From Eledone cirrhosa (taxonomy: Eukaryota): a stretch of 64,000 nucleotides of DNA. Positions within the stretch are counted from its first letter, which is position 1, and every line of letters begins with the position of its first letter. Position numbers and translations under genes: made by a program. The notes under the pieces are model-generated. The model was not told the DNA's origin. It did no database searches and saw only the letters and a program-made list of their open reading frames with translations. The stretch is taken from NCBI GenBank assembly GCA_964016885.1, contig OZ024743.1:77500001-77564000 (forward strand), in the 5' to 3' direction. Positions 37,777 through 55,569 of this stretch are shown here, piece after piece.

Positions 37777-37841
37777 TATTTCATTATACATATTTCAAGG
37801 ACACCAAGTTAAATTATGGTGTGCTTTCATCAGATAAAATA
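37777..37841 (-). ncRNA. Minimal type I hammerhead motif in a solo PLE terminus (inverted homolog of 22840-22985)
   Basis: Minus strand: tattttat-CTGATGA-aagcacacca...tggtgtcctt-GAAA-tatgta-TA-atgaaata. Confidence 0.72.
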
Positions 37842-38299
37842 TAATATAGAGCAGTTTTATAAATAAATATTGACATACCCTTAAAGAATGCAACCATTAC
37901 TGTTGGAAGCTCCCGTACCTCTGAATAAAAGTGTTTAAAATGTAAACTTATTAAATAAGTTTCGATGTAATTGAAGTGTATATCGTAAGGAAGGGACATC
38001 TTAAGGCTTTAACTATAAAGAAATGTTTTTTTTCCATTCCATTACTGTTTTACTGATTGTATTTTTCTCTAATCTACTACAAACCCTTCATAGATTGACG
38101 GGAGATGTGCAGTGTATTACCAAGTGGCTACTGTGGCTGGCAATTGTCTTTATTGGTAACTAATGGTACGATCGTTGGTGGTAGTTTCTATACGAATGTT
38201 ACTGGCTGTTTTTGGTGTTTAAATATAAAAGTGTGTTTTAATGAGTACTTAAAGCGTGTAGGTATTTTAAGGCTTAAACTATGAAAACAACGGTTGTCT

Positions 38300-38361
38300 T
38301 TATGGTTTCTCTATATCGTGGTTGGTCCTGGAACGTATCCCCCGCGATAAACGGGGGATTA

Positions 38362-38364
<3 letters not shown>
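38300..38364 (-). mobile_element. Single terminus of a pogo/Tigger-like DNA transposon
   Basis: Minus strand TA|CAGTAATCCCCCGTTTATCGCGGGGGATACGTTCCAGGACC resembles MER2/Tigger TIRs; no partner TIR found. Confidence 0.55.
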
Positions 38365-38415
<51 letters not shown>

Positions 38416-38463
38416 CTGGGGGGGGGGGATGCGTGTCGTCAACTTTTCTAATTTCTGATTCTT

Positions 38464-38499
38464 TCTTCTGATGAAGGACTAGCGTCCGAAACGTTAAGA
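38464..38499 (+). ncRNA. Minimal type I hammerhead motif (loopless stem III)
   Basis: tctt-CTGATGA-a-ggac tagc gtcc-GAAAC-GTT-aaga. Confidence 0.7.
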
Positions 38500-38678
38500 C
38501 TCTTCCTGCTATATCAAGCGTTAAACTAATGTATTCCTTCCATATACTGTACTAATTGTGTTGTTATTTCTGTTTACTTTTACATATACATACATACATA
38601 CATGATGGCTGCCCCCTCGTTATCGAGTATGACCATTGCACGAGGAGAAAAAAAAATTAATAAATAAAAAAAAAAAAG

Positions 38679-38757
<79 letters not shown>

Positions 38758-38889
38758 CACACACACATATACATTAATAACAATAATAATAATAATAATA
38801 ATAACAACAATAATAATAACGACAACAACAATAATAATATACATATACATATATATATACACATACACGCACACACATAAACATATCTA

Positions 38890-41800
38890 TACACACACAC
38901 GATAGCAACTAACAGCGCTGCGATCGAATGTGGCTTTTTAGCCCAGCCAATGATCTAAAATGTCTTGCACAGAGTCGGCAACCAAAACATTACTGGGAAT
39001 AGTCGGCTGTGGTTGGAGTTCGTGTACTTTTGCATGTCGCTTGAGCCCTCCTGCTGATTTACATTCTCTACCATATGTTTGGCAAGCATTGTGAGTAGCA
39101 TCTCCAACAGCAGCCTGGTAGTCAACCACTGGTCTTACTTTATGACTGCGAAGATGACTTTCGAGTCCAGCTTTGGTTAGGCAGAGTCTCGCACAGACGC
39201 TGCATGTCAGCACCATAGGAGGACCCTCGCCATCTGGAAGTGCAACAGAAATGCACTTCCTCACATCCCGCTTTACTTTCTCGTATGCGATTCGAGATGC
39301 CTCAAAGGCAACTTTTCCCTCATATACAGTCTTTCTCCATTTATTACGATCAGCAGCAATATTTTCCCATGTATCAGCAGAGATGTTAGCGTCTTTCAGA
39401 GAGGCTTTCAAGGAATCCTTATACCTCTTTTTTGGTTTATGTGGCGGTCGTTTTCCTTTAACCAACTCTCCATAAAAGAGTTGTTTTGGTATTCTAGAAT
39501 CCTTCATCCTGGCAAGATGACCACTCCAACGGAGTCGTTGCTTAAGCACAAGAGCTTCTATACTGTCACACATAGAGCTTTCCAAAATCTCGACATCACT
39601 GATGTGGTCCCTCCAGTGAACGCCATGGATCCGTCTGAGACACATCTGATGAAAACGCTCCAATTGCTTAAGGTGGTGTCGATATGTGACCCAGGTCTCG
39701 CAGGCATAAAGAAGACAAGAGAGCACACATGCCCTGTACACCTTTACCTTTGTCCTCCTGCATATGTCTCGCCGACCCCAGAGTCGTCTTTCTAGCTTTC
39801 CGAAAGCATCACTTGCTTTCCTAATCCTAAGTGAGATTTCACTGTCAAGGTTGCTGTATCGATTGACAGTGCTTCCCAGGTAGACAAACTGATCAACCAC
39901 TCCAAGTCGTTTACCATACACATAGATATTTGGCTCAGTGTACTGCTTACCATGGGCAGGTTGGTACATGATGACGGTTTTCTTGAGACTGACAGTCAAT
40001 CCTAGGGCAGTGCAAGCGTCAGAAAATGCATTCAAAATGTGCTGCATATCACTCTCTGTGTGCGCTACAAGATCGCAATTATCTGCATACAAGAGGTCTC
40101 TTATGATTGATGTAAATACTTTTGTCTTCGCAGCAAAGCGCCTGATGTTAAATATGCTACCTGAGGTTCGATATCGGATGTAAACACCATGCTCGCAATT
40201 CCTGAATGCAATACAGAAAATCATTGCAAAGTATATGGCAAACAGGGTCGGTGCTGGAATATCCCCCTGTTTCACTCCATTTTTTACTGAGATAGGCTCC
40301 GACATGTTACCTCCGACATTAACCCAAGCCTTCATGTCGTCATGGAAAGACCTAACTAAAGCAAGGAACTTATCAGGGCAACCAAGTTTCTGGAGAACCT
40401 TCCATAATGCATCTCTGTTAACAGTATCGAAAGCTTTTGTCAGATCGACAAAAACCTGATACAGATCCAAGCCTTGTTCCATGCACTTCTGCTGGAGCTG
40501 TCTAGCTGAGAAGATCATATCAGTAGTGCCGCGTCCAGCACGAAAACCAGATTGACTTTCAGGAAGAACACAATCTGCAATGTGTGTCAGCAGATGGTCC
40601 AGAAGCACCCTACATAAAACTTTCCCTACGACAGAAAGCAATGATATACCTCTGTAGTTCCCACAATCATTCCTGTTACCCTTTCCCTTGTACAAGACCA
40701 CCATTACTGCATCTCTCCAGTCCTCAGGTACGGATTCATTAGCCCATATCCTGCCCAAAAAAGAGTGAAGATGTTGCAGGAGTCTCTCACCACCATATTG
40801 TAGGAGCTCGGCATGTATGCCATCCATACCTGGAGATCTTCCACTGTTCAACTTCGAAATAGCCACTGAAACCTCCACAAGCGTCGGAGGTTCTGCGAGT
40901 GCTACTTTCACAGGACTTTCTGGAATGAGATTGAGGAAATCTTCACTGACGACAGACGGCTGATTCAAAAGATCATCAAAGTGCTCTCGCCACCTTCGTA
41001 GAATTCCTTGTGAGTCACGAAGAAGTTCTTTATCATCCTTGTTGCGAAGCGGTGTCACCAGAGAAGAAGACGGTCCATAAACCCCACGCAAGAGACTGTA
41101 CAACAGCTTTGTGTTATTGGAATCTGACGCAGTTTGTATCTCACCAGCCTTCTCACTCCACCACTGATCCTTCATCTGAGAAAGACTCCGCCTAACACGT
41201 GATTTTACATCCTTGAGTTCCTCATGCAACGTATTCTTCTCCTGTGGTTTTGCCGTCAAGTAGCGTGACAGACCACGCCTCTTATCAGCCCAAAAGTCTT
41301 CTATATGTACATCATTCTCATTAAACCAGTCTTGATGTTTTCTCTGCACCAATCCCAGAACACGCCTGCCTACATCATAAACCGACTTTTTAAGGGTCGG
41401 CCAATCCTCACCAAGATCTGCAGCCTGCATCTCTTCTTCCAATGTCCTCTTCACATTTTTATCCTTAAGACGAGCAGCATTCAATCTTTTGGGCAGGGCA
41501 ACACCAGGAGCCCGGATTTTACGTTTAGTGATTAGTTTCACTTTTGCGCGTACCATGCGGTGGTCCGTCCAGCACTCAGCTCCACGAAGAGCACGAACAC
41601 ACTGCACATCCTGTCTGTCACGCATCCTGACTAGGACGTAGTCTAAAAGATGCCATTCCTTAGATGCAGGATGCATCCATGTGGTCTTGAATTTGTTCTT
41701 TTGTTAGAACATGGTGTTGGCAACACACAGATCCAGCTCCTCACACATCTGCAGCAGGAGAATACCATTGTTGTTACACTTTCCCACCCCATGCCTTCCG

Positions 41801-42426
41801 ATTACATTCCATGTGTTAAAATCCCTACCCACTCTAGCATTAAAGTCACCAAGCACGATGACTTTGTCTGCCTGAGGGATATTTCTTAAAACACCTTTCA
41901 AGGCATGGTAAAAGGACACTTTTTCTTCATCGACAGAATTCATAGTTGGAGCATACACACTCACGAGGGTCGCATATCTTCCTTTGTCCAGCGGAATTCT
42001 CATGGACATAAGACGCTCACTAATCCCTACTGAGAATTCTTCTAATTTATTCAGAAGTACAGTCTTAACAGCAAATCCTACCCCAGCCTCTCTTCTGGTT
42101 CCTCCATCTCTTCCTTTCCAGAAGAATGTATATTCTCCAGCTAACCTCGTCTCAGATAAAGCCACGATGTCAAGATCGTAACGTCGAAGCTCCTTTGAAA
42201 CAAGAGCGGTCCTTCGTTCAGGACGCTCCAAGGAATCCCTGTCAAGCAGCGTCCGTACGTTCCAGCAGCCAAGACTAAATGCCTTGTTTGGCTCTATTAC
42301 AATGACATGATGACGAGCGGGCCCAGGCTGTGATAACCTGGGGCCCCTGCCCTTATTGCCAATTATCTTTTTTGTTCCAGAACTTAAATTGCCAATTATC
42401 TCTTTTATATTGTTCTGGAACATCAT
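38890..42426 (-). mobile_element. Near full-length RTE-clade LINE (APE + RT + C2H2 fingers), inactivated
   Basis: APE motifs GCWNVRTL, VALSETR, VLGDFNARVG; RT motifs YRGISLLS, QSGFRAGRGT, VDLTKAFD, GVKQG, YADN; stop codon at about 41704; (TG)n-type 3' tail. Confidence 0.96.
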
Positions 42427-42479
42427 TGAATTGAAAAAAAAAAAAAAAAAAAAAAAGTAATAATAATAGTAACAATAAT

Positions 42480-45400
42480 AATAATGATTTCATTTATTAG
42501 CCACAAAGGCCGACATGTAGGGTACAATACAAAGACAGGGACAGTGGGGGTTTACAATAAGGTCGAGTAAAAGTGCACAAAGGCAAGACTAATTTAACAA
42601 TGAAAATATAAAAATATAAAATAAACTATGCATAAATATAACAAAATAAATTCCCCGATAGGGGGTGGACGACCCTGGGGTGATTCGGGTACCCCACCAA
42701 TCCTGAACCACCCTGCGCTTCTAGGGCACCCAGGGAGAGCACCCCTCTCCTCAAGTTAGCTAGCCTATAGGCGCATGGTCAGAGTAGGCCCATTCACACG
42801 AGCCATTCTCGCCACATTCACCCACCTTTTAGCAAATGTACTGGGGGGCAGCACTTCTCTCCACCCTCACCCTCCTTTCCAGGTGAAACTTGAAGAAGTT
42901 GATGAGGGATTGGCCGAAGAGAAAAGTGTCTGTCTTTAGTCCTTTCAACCTGGTCCACCATATAATCTCTTTCGCAACTGCCACCAGACAGAGGAAAATT
43001 TCCTGCTCTTCCTGACCTAAGGAAGGTGGCGGCTCGATCTTCACTATGGACTCGGCCGATAGCCGGATTCGTTCCAGACGTGACAGTAGCTGTTCGACAT
43101 ACTCCACAAGTCAGTAATGCACGGACATTGGACAAGTGCGTGCAGAACGGTTTCGTCGTTCTGTGCGCATCTTGGGCAGGTCCGTCTGACAGCACTTCCG
43201 TGCCTGTAGAGTTTATCCCGAACCGGCAGTGCCCCCCGGTAGCACTGCCAAGCGAGGGATTTCTGGAAATTGTCCATCGTCCCCGGCTCAAAAGTCCTCC
43301 GGTACAGACTGGTCAGTTCGACTTCGTCGAGGCCCAAAGCTTCTCCGAGTGCGTCATCGCACTTGCCCACCACTAATCCTCTATAGAACTCGAGAGTGGA
43401 AGTTCCACTGATCGCATTGCCCGCTTGGTAGAGGGCAGTGAGTGCCTGGCAACATTCCAGGTGCCAGTCACCCAGTCTCGGTCTCTTCTTGACCCAGGAC
43501 TGCAGCTCAGTCAAAGAAATGAGCTGCGGAAAGGCCCGTCTGATAAACGGCGACCACACCTGTTCACCATTGAGGCAGAATATCTGGAGATGTCGCAGCC
43601 TCAACGCATGTCTGCGCATCATTATCCACGGCATGCCCAGCCCTCCGCGTAGAGGGTGCTGGCAGCAGATGGACCGCCTCACCAACGGAACTTGTCCCCT
43701 CCACAAGAATTTGAAGAGGAGCCGTTCCAACTTGACGAGGCGCGGACGGGGGCAAGGCACGACGGTTAGGCGGTAGTAGATGATGGACGCGATGTACGCA
43801 TTCGCCACCTCCGCGCGACCTTTCAGTGATAGCTTCCTCCCAGCCCATTTTTGGGTGAGACTGGCTACTCTGCTCGTTACCTCGTCGCAATTCTTTTCCA
43901 CCTGGAGGTCTGGTCCGAACCAAACCCCGAGCAACTTTACCGGTCCGTCCGTCCAGCGCCCCACGACGCTGTTGGACGGCATGGGCTTGCCTCTCCAGGT
44001 TCCGAGCTGCAAGCCCACCGACTTTTCCGGGTTAAGTTTGGCTCCTGTCAACCTTTCATATTCCTTCAATAAGGTGCCGACCACCTCGATTTCTGAGGTG
44101 TTCGACACCATCACGGTGATGTCGTCCGCATAAGCCGACACCGCCTTTCCACGTCCCGGTTCGAGCGGGATGCCCTGCAACAGCTCCAGCTTCCGCAGTA
44201 AAGGCTCGAGAGTCAATACGTACAGAAGGGAAGAGAGAGGGCACCCTTGACGGACCGATCGGGAGAGCCGAAATGGTTCCGAGAGGTAGCCATTAACCTT
44301 GACCACCGAGCGTGTGCCGCTGTGCATTGCAACGATCCAGCTTCTAAAGACAGGGCCGAAGCCAACTGCTTTGAGGACAAACTCCAGATACCGATGGTCG
44401 ACCCTATCGAATGCTTTCGATTGATCTAAATTGATCAGTGCCCCACCGAAGCCAGGTTTACACACTTACCCTCTCTATCATGTATCGCATGAGGTGGAGA
44501 TTGTCGTGTATGGACCTGGCTGGGATTACACAAGTTTGCGCCTCCCCAACCAAATCCTCGACGACAAGCGCCAATCTCTTTGCTAACACCTTGGCCAAAA
44601 TCTTAAACTCTGTGTTTGAGCAGAGTTATGGGCCTGAAGTTGTCTAATGTATGCCTCTTGTTCTCGTCTTTCCTTATCAGCGTCACCACTCCCCTGCTCA
44701 CAGAACTGGGAATACTCCCATTCTGCTGCAAGTTGCAGTAGAGTGCTTCGAGGAGTTCGGAGAACAAGTCTGGCATATTTACGTAAAGCTCGTAGGGCAG
44801 GCCATCCAAACCGGGTGACTTGCGCCTCATGCAACCGACAAGGGCGTCCTGAATTTCGACTGAAGTAATCGGCCTTTCGCAGCACTCAGCGTCGACCGTC
44901 GAAAAGCGCGGCAAGCCGTCAAGGTAGGGACTGAAATCCGCTACTCTCTCTGACTCGCCACTCTCCCTGAAAAACCGAGCAAAGTGCTGGCGAAAGGCCT
45001 CACACATCCGCTTGGAATCGCTTATCTCGTGTCCGTCTCGGTCCGCCAAAGACCGAATTGTGGTTTTATTACCACGCTGCGCCTCCGCCACGCGGGCCCA
45101 TCGAACAGCTTTAGTTCCCCCGTTTCTCAGCGCACGCGCCTTAGCTCTGGCAATGCAACCTTCGTGTTTGGCATTGAAGAAATAGTCTAATGCCATTCTC
45201 GCCGCTAGCACGTCAGTTGCGATGCCACTACAAATAGCCTCGTCTAACTTATCTACCAGCTTCCCCTCCTTTCTATTTTTCTCTAACGCTAGTTCTTTGC
45301 TGAACTCTATCGAAGTTACTCTAATCTCTCTTTTGAGAGCCCCCCACCATCTGTTGTTGATGATCCCCCCTGTCAACTTTTGCTTAACTAAATTGTTGAC

Positions 45401-47200
45401 TCGGTCCCTGTAAGCCTTACGTGCGGAAATGACATGTTCAGCTTCCAGTAACCCGGTCCTAACCTACGCGTTTTATTTAGGTCGACCGTACAGATCACAA
45501 ATTTGTGATCTGAATAGGCGACCGTTTTAAAAAGTGGACAGCCCACACTATTCCTATCTATTTTCCTAATGAAGATCCTGTCTATATACAATCTAGATGA
45601 CCCCATTCGGTTGGTCCATGTCCATACTGGCACATTGGGGAAATCTAGTCGATACCTGTCAGACAGTTGGAACTGGCTGAGTAGGTGCTTGAGGCTTTTG
45701 CACCCCCCCCCCCCCCGCTCCTATCGGCTACTCCCACACAATCCCAGCGTGCGTCTAAGATGCCATTCCAGTCTCCTGCTAACAGTAAAGGGCGAGACGT
45801 ACCCAGAAAGGTCTCCAGGCGCCTAAAGAAGTCAGGTCGTCCGGCCCCTGTAGGGGCGTAGACGGCCAGCAGTCTAAAGGCACCACCTTCGCTACTGCTC
45901 ACATCCAAGACCACCAACTTACCGTCCGGGTCCCGGAAGATCGACCTTACCTCGAGATCCAGTCCTTTCCTAAACAGCACTGCCACCCCACCCCCCATTC
46001 CAGGCCTGCTAACAGGTGCGAAGATCTGATAGTCGTCGAAAATGGGGGCTAGTGCGCGTGTGTCGGAAATTCTGGTCTCGCTTACGGCAATCACATCCAT
46101 TTCCAGCGACCGGAGGTCGTTGAGCAGGCGACCCTGCTTCCAGGGTGATCCCAGCCCGCGAACATTTAAACTTCCTACTCTTAATATGGCCATATTGGTA
46201 AGCTAAGAGAGAGAGAGGGAAGGTTTACTTACCTCCCGGGTCTTGTGAAGGTCGGGTGGTTCGACCTCCATGGTTGGTGGGGTTTCTTTTGGGAACCCCT
46301 TTAAAAGTCTTGATGTGGGTTTCACATTCGGGGTTCCTACGTCTTGAGGAAAGCTCTCTCGAATTTCTTTGATGGAATTGAGTGACATTCGGACCAGAAG
46401 CAAATCTTCTGGCACGCAAAATGTGCTCATTTCAAAAATCTCCCCCTCTGTTTGAATGTCCTCGCTTCGCGCTAAGAGGGCCATCAGTTTATCGTTGGCC
46501 CTTCTGACAAGCACGACGTTTTAAACATTTTGTTGGTGTGGTTTTATTTGTTTTCGTTTTGGTGAAGGTGGTGTTGTTTCGGGTATGTCTATGTTTGTTG
46601 TAGGTGTGGTGTCTGCAATTTCAGGTATTTGTGTGTTTATTTGTACTTGTGTTTGTTTAGGTTGCTTGCGTTTCGGGGATTGTGGAGGTGGTGTCGATGT
46701 AGATGTTGGTGATGATGTTATTGGGGAAGTGTTTGCGTTAGTGGTGTCTGTATTTTTTGTTGTGTGTGTGTTTTGTGTTTTGTTGGGGCGCTTTTTTTTG
46801 TGAGTTTTCTCTGTTTTTTTGCACTTTTGGGTTTTCCTTCATCTTCGCTGCTGGAAGACAAAGGGTCTGTGTCTGTGAGTGTCTCTGTGTCTGTGTGTGC
46901 GTTTATTGTTTTGTCTATGTGTATAATTTTTTTTTTGGGGGGGGGGGGGGAGCTTTCCTCGTTTTCTCCTTGGATTGGTTTTGGTGTTGGTGGTGATCCG
47001 GCTGCTTTTGATGTTGGTGTCCGTGTTTTTGTTGATGTTGTTTTTGGTGGTGGTGGTGGTGGTGCAGCTTTCCGTGCAGCTTTCCGTGCTGACACTGGCG
47101 TTGGCAACAAAGGGGGTTTGCGACCCCCTGCATTTTTGCGCTGAGGGCAGAAGGCTTGAAGATGCGTTGCTTCCTCGCAGACGAAGCAGCGTGGCCTTCA
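42480..47200 (-). mobile_element. Tx1/L1-clade LINE: ORF1 remnant plus frameshifted ORF2 (APE, RT, zf-RVT)
   Basis: SLNVRGL, AVSETR, AGDWN, SDH, GPGYWKLN, KSPGLDGLPYELY, DQSKAFDRV, RQGCPLS, SAYADD, CPRC...ETVLHALVQC; bounded by (TAA)n on both sides. Confidence 0.93.
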
Positions 47201-48613
47201 TAATAATAATAATAATACACTATTAATAATTATTAATGCACTCGTGCAATGCCTGTGCGTGACGAATATTTTTAAAGTGAGGAAAGACTGTGCACTGAGC
47301 CAATCCCACTCTCTGAGCGACAGTAAGCTATAACCCGAAAAGAAGAAAAGATCAACATCATCGGTAACTACTGAGCCGCAGGTTTTATGTCGGAGTTAAC
47401 CCAGTTTCCTGAGATGCCTTCTCCTAGAAGAATGCCCTGACAAGGGCTAGGGGTTCTTCACTCCCAGTGGTTTAACTGCGCGATCGGGCATCCAGCCCGA
47501 TTATTTCTATGTCCCCGCGCAAAAAAAAAACAAAAAAAAAAAACTCACTTATTGACACTCATACGTACGGCATACACACACGCGCATACATATGTGCGCA
47601 CACACACGCATACATACGCGCGCACACAGCAACACTCATACATACAAACAAACACACACACGCTACTCACTTACACACACACACATATATATATAAATAT
47701 TATCGTCATTACTGATACAAGATTACAAGATTATGTCAACTGTTGACTTTCAAGAGTTTGTATAGTTGAAGCCGATCGTATTACAGTTCAGTATTATTAT
47801 AATTGCTTTACAACATAGAGTTATGGCTCTCCACGCTCTGAGCTTAAATCCCGCCGAGGTCAACCTTGCCTTTCATCCCCACGGAGTCAACAAAAGAGAG
47901 TACCAGTGATACGCTGGACCAGTCGCTGGATCCGTGCCAAAAGCAGAAAAATTATTATTATTAAAGTTGTTTTCTTAAGGCCCGGTCTCTGGTGATGGTG
48001 ATGGTGATGGTGGTGGTGGTGGTGGCAGTTGATGTTGTTTTGTGTGCGTGTGTGTGTGTGTTTTGTTATTTTGAGTTTTTTTAATTATTTTAAAAAAAAT
48101 CTTTTGATGCCGCTGTTGTTGTTGTAAATGTTCTTTTCAATTCATTCTGAAGCTGTTGTTGCTGTAAACATTAGTGCCGGTGTTGTTGTAGATGTTGGGG
48201 TTGAAATCTGGTCGTTTGACTGAGTGATGTATATACACACATATACATACATATATATATATATATATACACACATTCAACACAGAGTAGAGAGTTTGAC
48301 AACAGGTCGATGACTTTATGACATGTGATGGTGGAGAGAGAGTGTAGACGTTATTGTGATGGTGGGGGACAGTGAGATGTATCTAGTTCATTTGTCCGTT
48401 TTCTTCTCTTTGCAAAATTTGAATTTTAGCCATGTTATATTGAGATGTAAGTAAATGTAAAATGTAAAATATAAATAAGGAATGCTCTGGTAAAACATAC
48501 TAAAATATTTGTGTAACTTCCATACATACATACATACATACATACATACATACATACATACATACATACATACATACATACATACATACATACATACATA
48601 CACACACACACAT

Positions 48614-48650
<37 letters not shown>

Positions 48651-48682
48651 GTTAAAAGAATAGAGGTGTAACACACAAGTTA

Positions 48683-51960
<3,278 letters not shown>

Positions 51961-52088
51961 CGAGAGAATTGGGAGTGTGTAACACTCCACTTATCAAATA
52001 GGCAGTATATGGTTAGCTCAATGTCAGAGGATAGAGCCGTAATACAAATAACAACAAAGAGCGCTTAGAACATAGGTATATCTTTAAT

Positions 52089-52134
52089 TGCTAACAGTGT
52101 TTCGTCCACACTAGAAGTGGGACTCTTCAGAGCA
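52089..52134 (-). ncRNA. Minimal type I hammerhead motif
   Basis: Minus strand: tgct-CTGAAGA-gtcc cacttctagtgt ggac-GAAAC-act-GTT-agca. Confidence 0.72.
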
Positions 52135-52559
52135 TAAAGAGTAAATACATAGTATACAAGCATTGACAAAGCCAAAACAGAAGAATATATGTGGGGATAC
52201 CATAAGTTGGGAGGAGTTTAAAGAGTAAAGTAAAAGGAGTAAAATAAAAGGAGTAAAATAAAAGGAGTAAAATAAGAAGAGTAAAATAAAAATATAGGAT
52301 TAAGAATAAAAAAGAATAAGATTAAGAATAAAAAAAAAAAAATAAAAAAAAAAATAAAAAATAAAAAATAAAAAATAAAAAATAAAAAATAAAAAAAGTT
52401 ATCACTCACAGTTGGGCAGGGTTACGTTAACATACAGCTACATACAATTATATGCATAAGCATGAGCACCCGCATGCACCTACACACAAGCACCCGTATG
52501 CAACACATACAGTATACACTAATACAAATAACATATCATAGACGGATGGGCACAAGTTA

Positions 52560-52850
52560 AGAGATAGAGATAGATAAAAAATAGATAAGAGGTAGATAAA
52601 AAATAGATAAAAAATAGATAAAAAATAGATAAAAAATAGATAAAAAATAGATAAAAAATAGATAAAAAAATAGATAAAAAAATAGATAAAAAAATAGATA
52701 AAAAAATAGATAAGAAATAGATAAGAAATAGATAAGAAATAGATAAGAAATAGATAAAAAATAGATAAAAAATAGATAAAATATAGATAAAAGATAAAAA
52801 ATAAGATAAAATAAAATAAAATAAAATAAAATAAAATAATATAAAGTAAA
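52560..52850. repeat. (ATAGATAAAAA)n / (AAAAT)n simple repeats
   Basis: Direct reading of the 11-12-bp and 5-bp units. Confidence 0.9.
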
Positions 52851-54736
52851 GTAAAATATACACCAGAAGATAAATAAAACAATGCACCAAAAAAAAATGC
52901 ACCAAAAAAAAAAAAAAAAAAATGGAGTAAAATATACACCATAAAGGAAGGTGTGGGTAAAGATAAGACTGGCAAATGCATAAGCTATCAAGCTATGTTC
53001 AACAAGTGATATACGTACAACATATAAAATACACAAAAATATATATACAAAAATATATATAAAAAATATATATAAAAGAGACGTATATATAAGGATATAT
53101 ATATATATATACACATATCAGTCCAAGTAATGCATATTTATAAAGATGTAACTGGGGGTAAAAAGATGTAATAAGGGTAATCAAGATGGTAATTATTAAG
53201 GCATGTAATAATAATATTATTATATAAATCCTAAGGTGAAACTAGTGTTGACCTATGGTGATATATGGAATATATCAGGAGCACACGAACGCCTTAGGTG
53301 TTGCAGTTAGCCGCAGTTCAACAATAGAGTGTTCGAATGAGATTTTTTATGAACAGATGCTATGTCCGCACTAGATTGAGTTGACCATTACAATGCAATG
53401 GAAACATCACAGGTTGGACAGTCCCAGAAGTTCACACTCCAAAGTTCAATCCACAGGTGTGCATTCATAGAGTTGAGCGGTTGGGCAATCCGAAAAAGTT
53501 CACACTACAAAGTTCAATACACAGATGTGCATTCATAGAGTTGAGCACTCAGGCAAGAATTAACTGGTCAACAAGGTGTATCCATATCACAAGCAGGAGC
53601 ATATGCTGGGAAGGTTGCAGGCAAATTCATATACAGCAGCACGAACATCAAGAGGCAAATAACTGAGGCGCATATTAGTGAATATTAGTGAGCAGAAGCA
53701 GGCAAGTGCAGGTGGTAAAACACAGTCAGGACTCATCAGGGCAATTAAACAGATAAGAAGCATTAACGGCCAGAACTAGCCAAAACTCAGAAGAATAGTG
53801 AATTCATATCTATGAAAGCTTATGAGAGATATGAAGGAAAAGCATGCTAAAGCTAAAAGTTACAAAAATAGATTATATGGCAAGGAAGTGAGTAAAATGT
53901 CCAACCAACGTAGAAATTACAGTGTGATACAAATATATTGAATACAACATGGTAATATAATATGAGAATTACAATACAATATAATGGGTAATAAAGCTTA
54001 ATAAATGTATATATATATATATCCATATACATATACATTTACACAAATACATACTAACACTTAATAAGTATAAATATACTCTTTATAATATAAAATAAAA
54101 TAAAAACACCCTAACGGTGCGCATAAACTATACAAAAAATAACTATACAAAAAATAAGCTATACAAGAAATAATATAATAATATAGACATCAAAATATAC
54201 AGAACTACATCAAACATATTACTTAATGTCAACAAGTTGTATATAAAGTTATACACAGGGCAAGAAAAAATATCTTAATAAAACTGGAGTATGTTGAAAA
54301 AAAAAAATATATATATACATAAATACATAACTACATAAAGTATTGATAATAAGTATATATGCAGTATACATTTATAAAATATTACAAAGTATTATAAAAT
54401 ATAACAAAACAGTACCTTAAAAATCAGACATAAAATAATACGTATAATTCCATTACATAGAAATAATTGTTTCTACTTTAGGCACAAGGCCAGTAATTAC
54501 CCAGTACATTACTGGTACTTTATTTTATCGACCCCGTAAGGATGAGAGGCAAAGTTAATAATATAAAAATATAAAAGCAGACTGGCAGAGTCAATTGAAA
54601 ATGTTTAAGAGATATTTACGCGAATGATATATTATACTATATTAATATAGGGAGGCAAGTTATTATGTAAAGCATATTATCGGAAGACAAAGCAGCAATA
54701 TATATATATAGGCATATATATATATATATATATATA

Positions 54737-55569
<833 letters not shown>

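Noticed and set aside
38938-41676. Active or domesticated RT gene
   Set aside because: YADN catalytic mutation and a stop separating APE from RT; no splice or conservation evidence visible.
46585-47226. Independent Pro/Thr/Lys-rich host proteins
   Set aside because: Low-complexity ORF1 region of the Tx1-like LINE and its antisense frames.
53725-53745. CTGATGAGTCC on the minus strand (hammerhead core-like)
   Set aside because: No matching GGAC-GAAA or stem III on either side.
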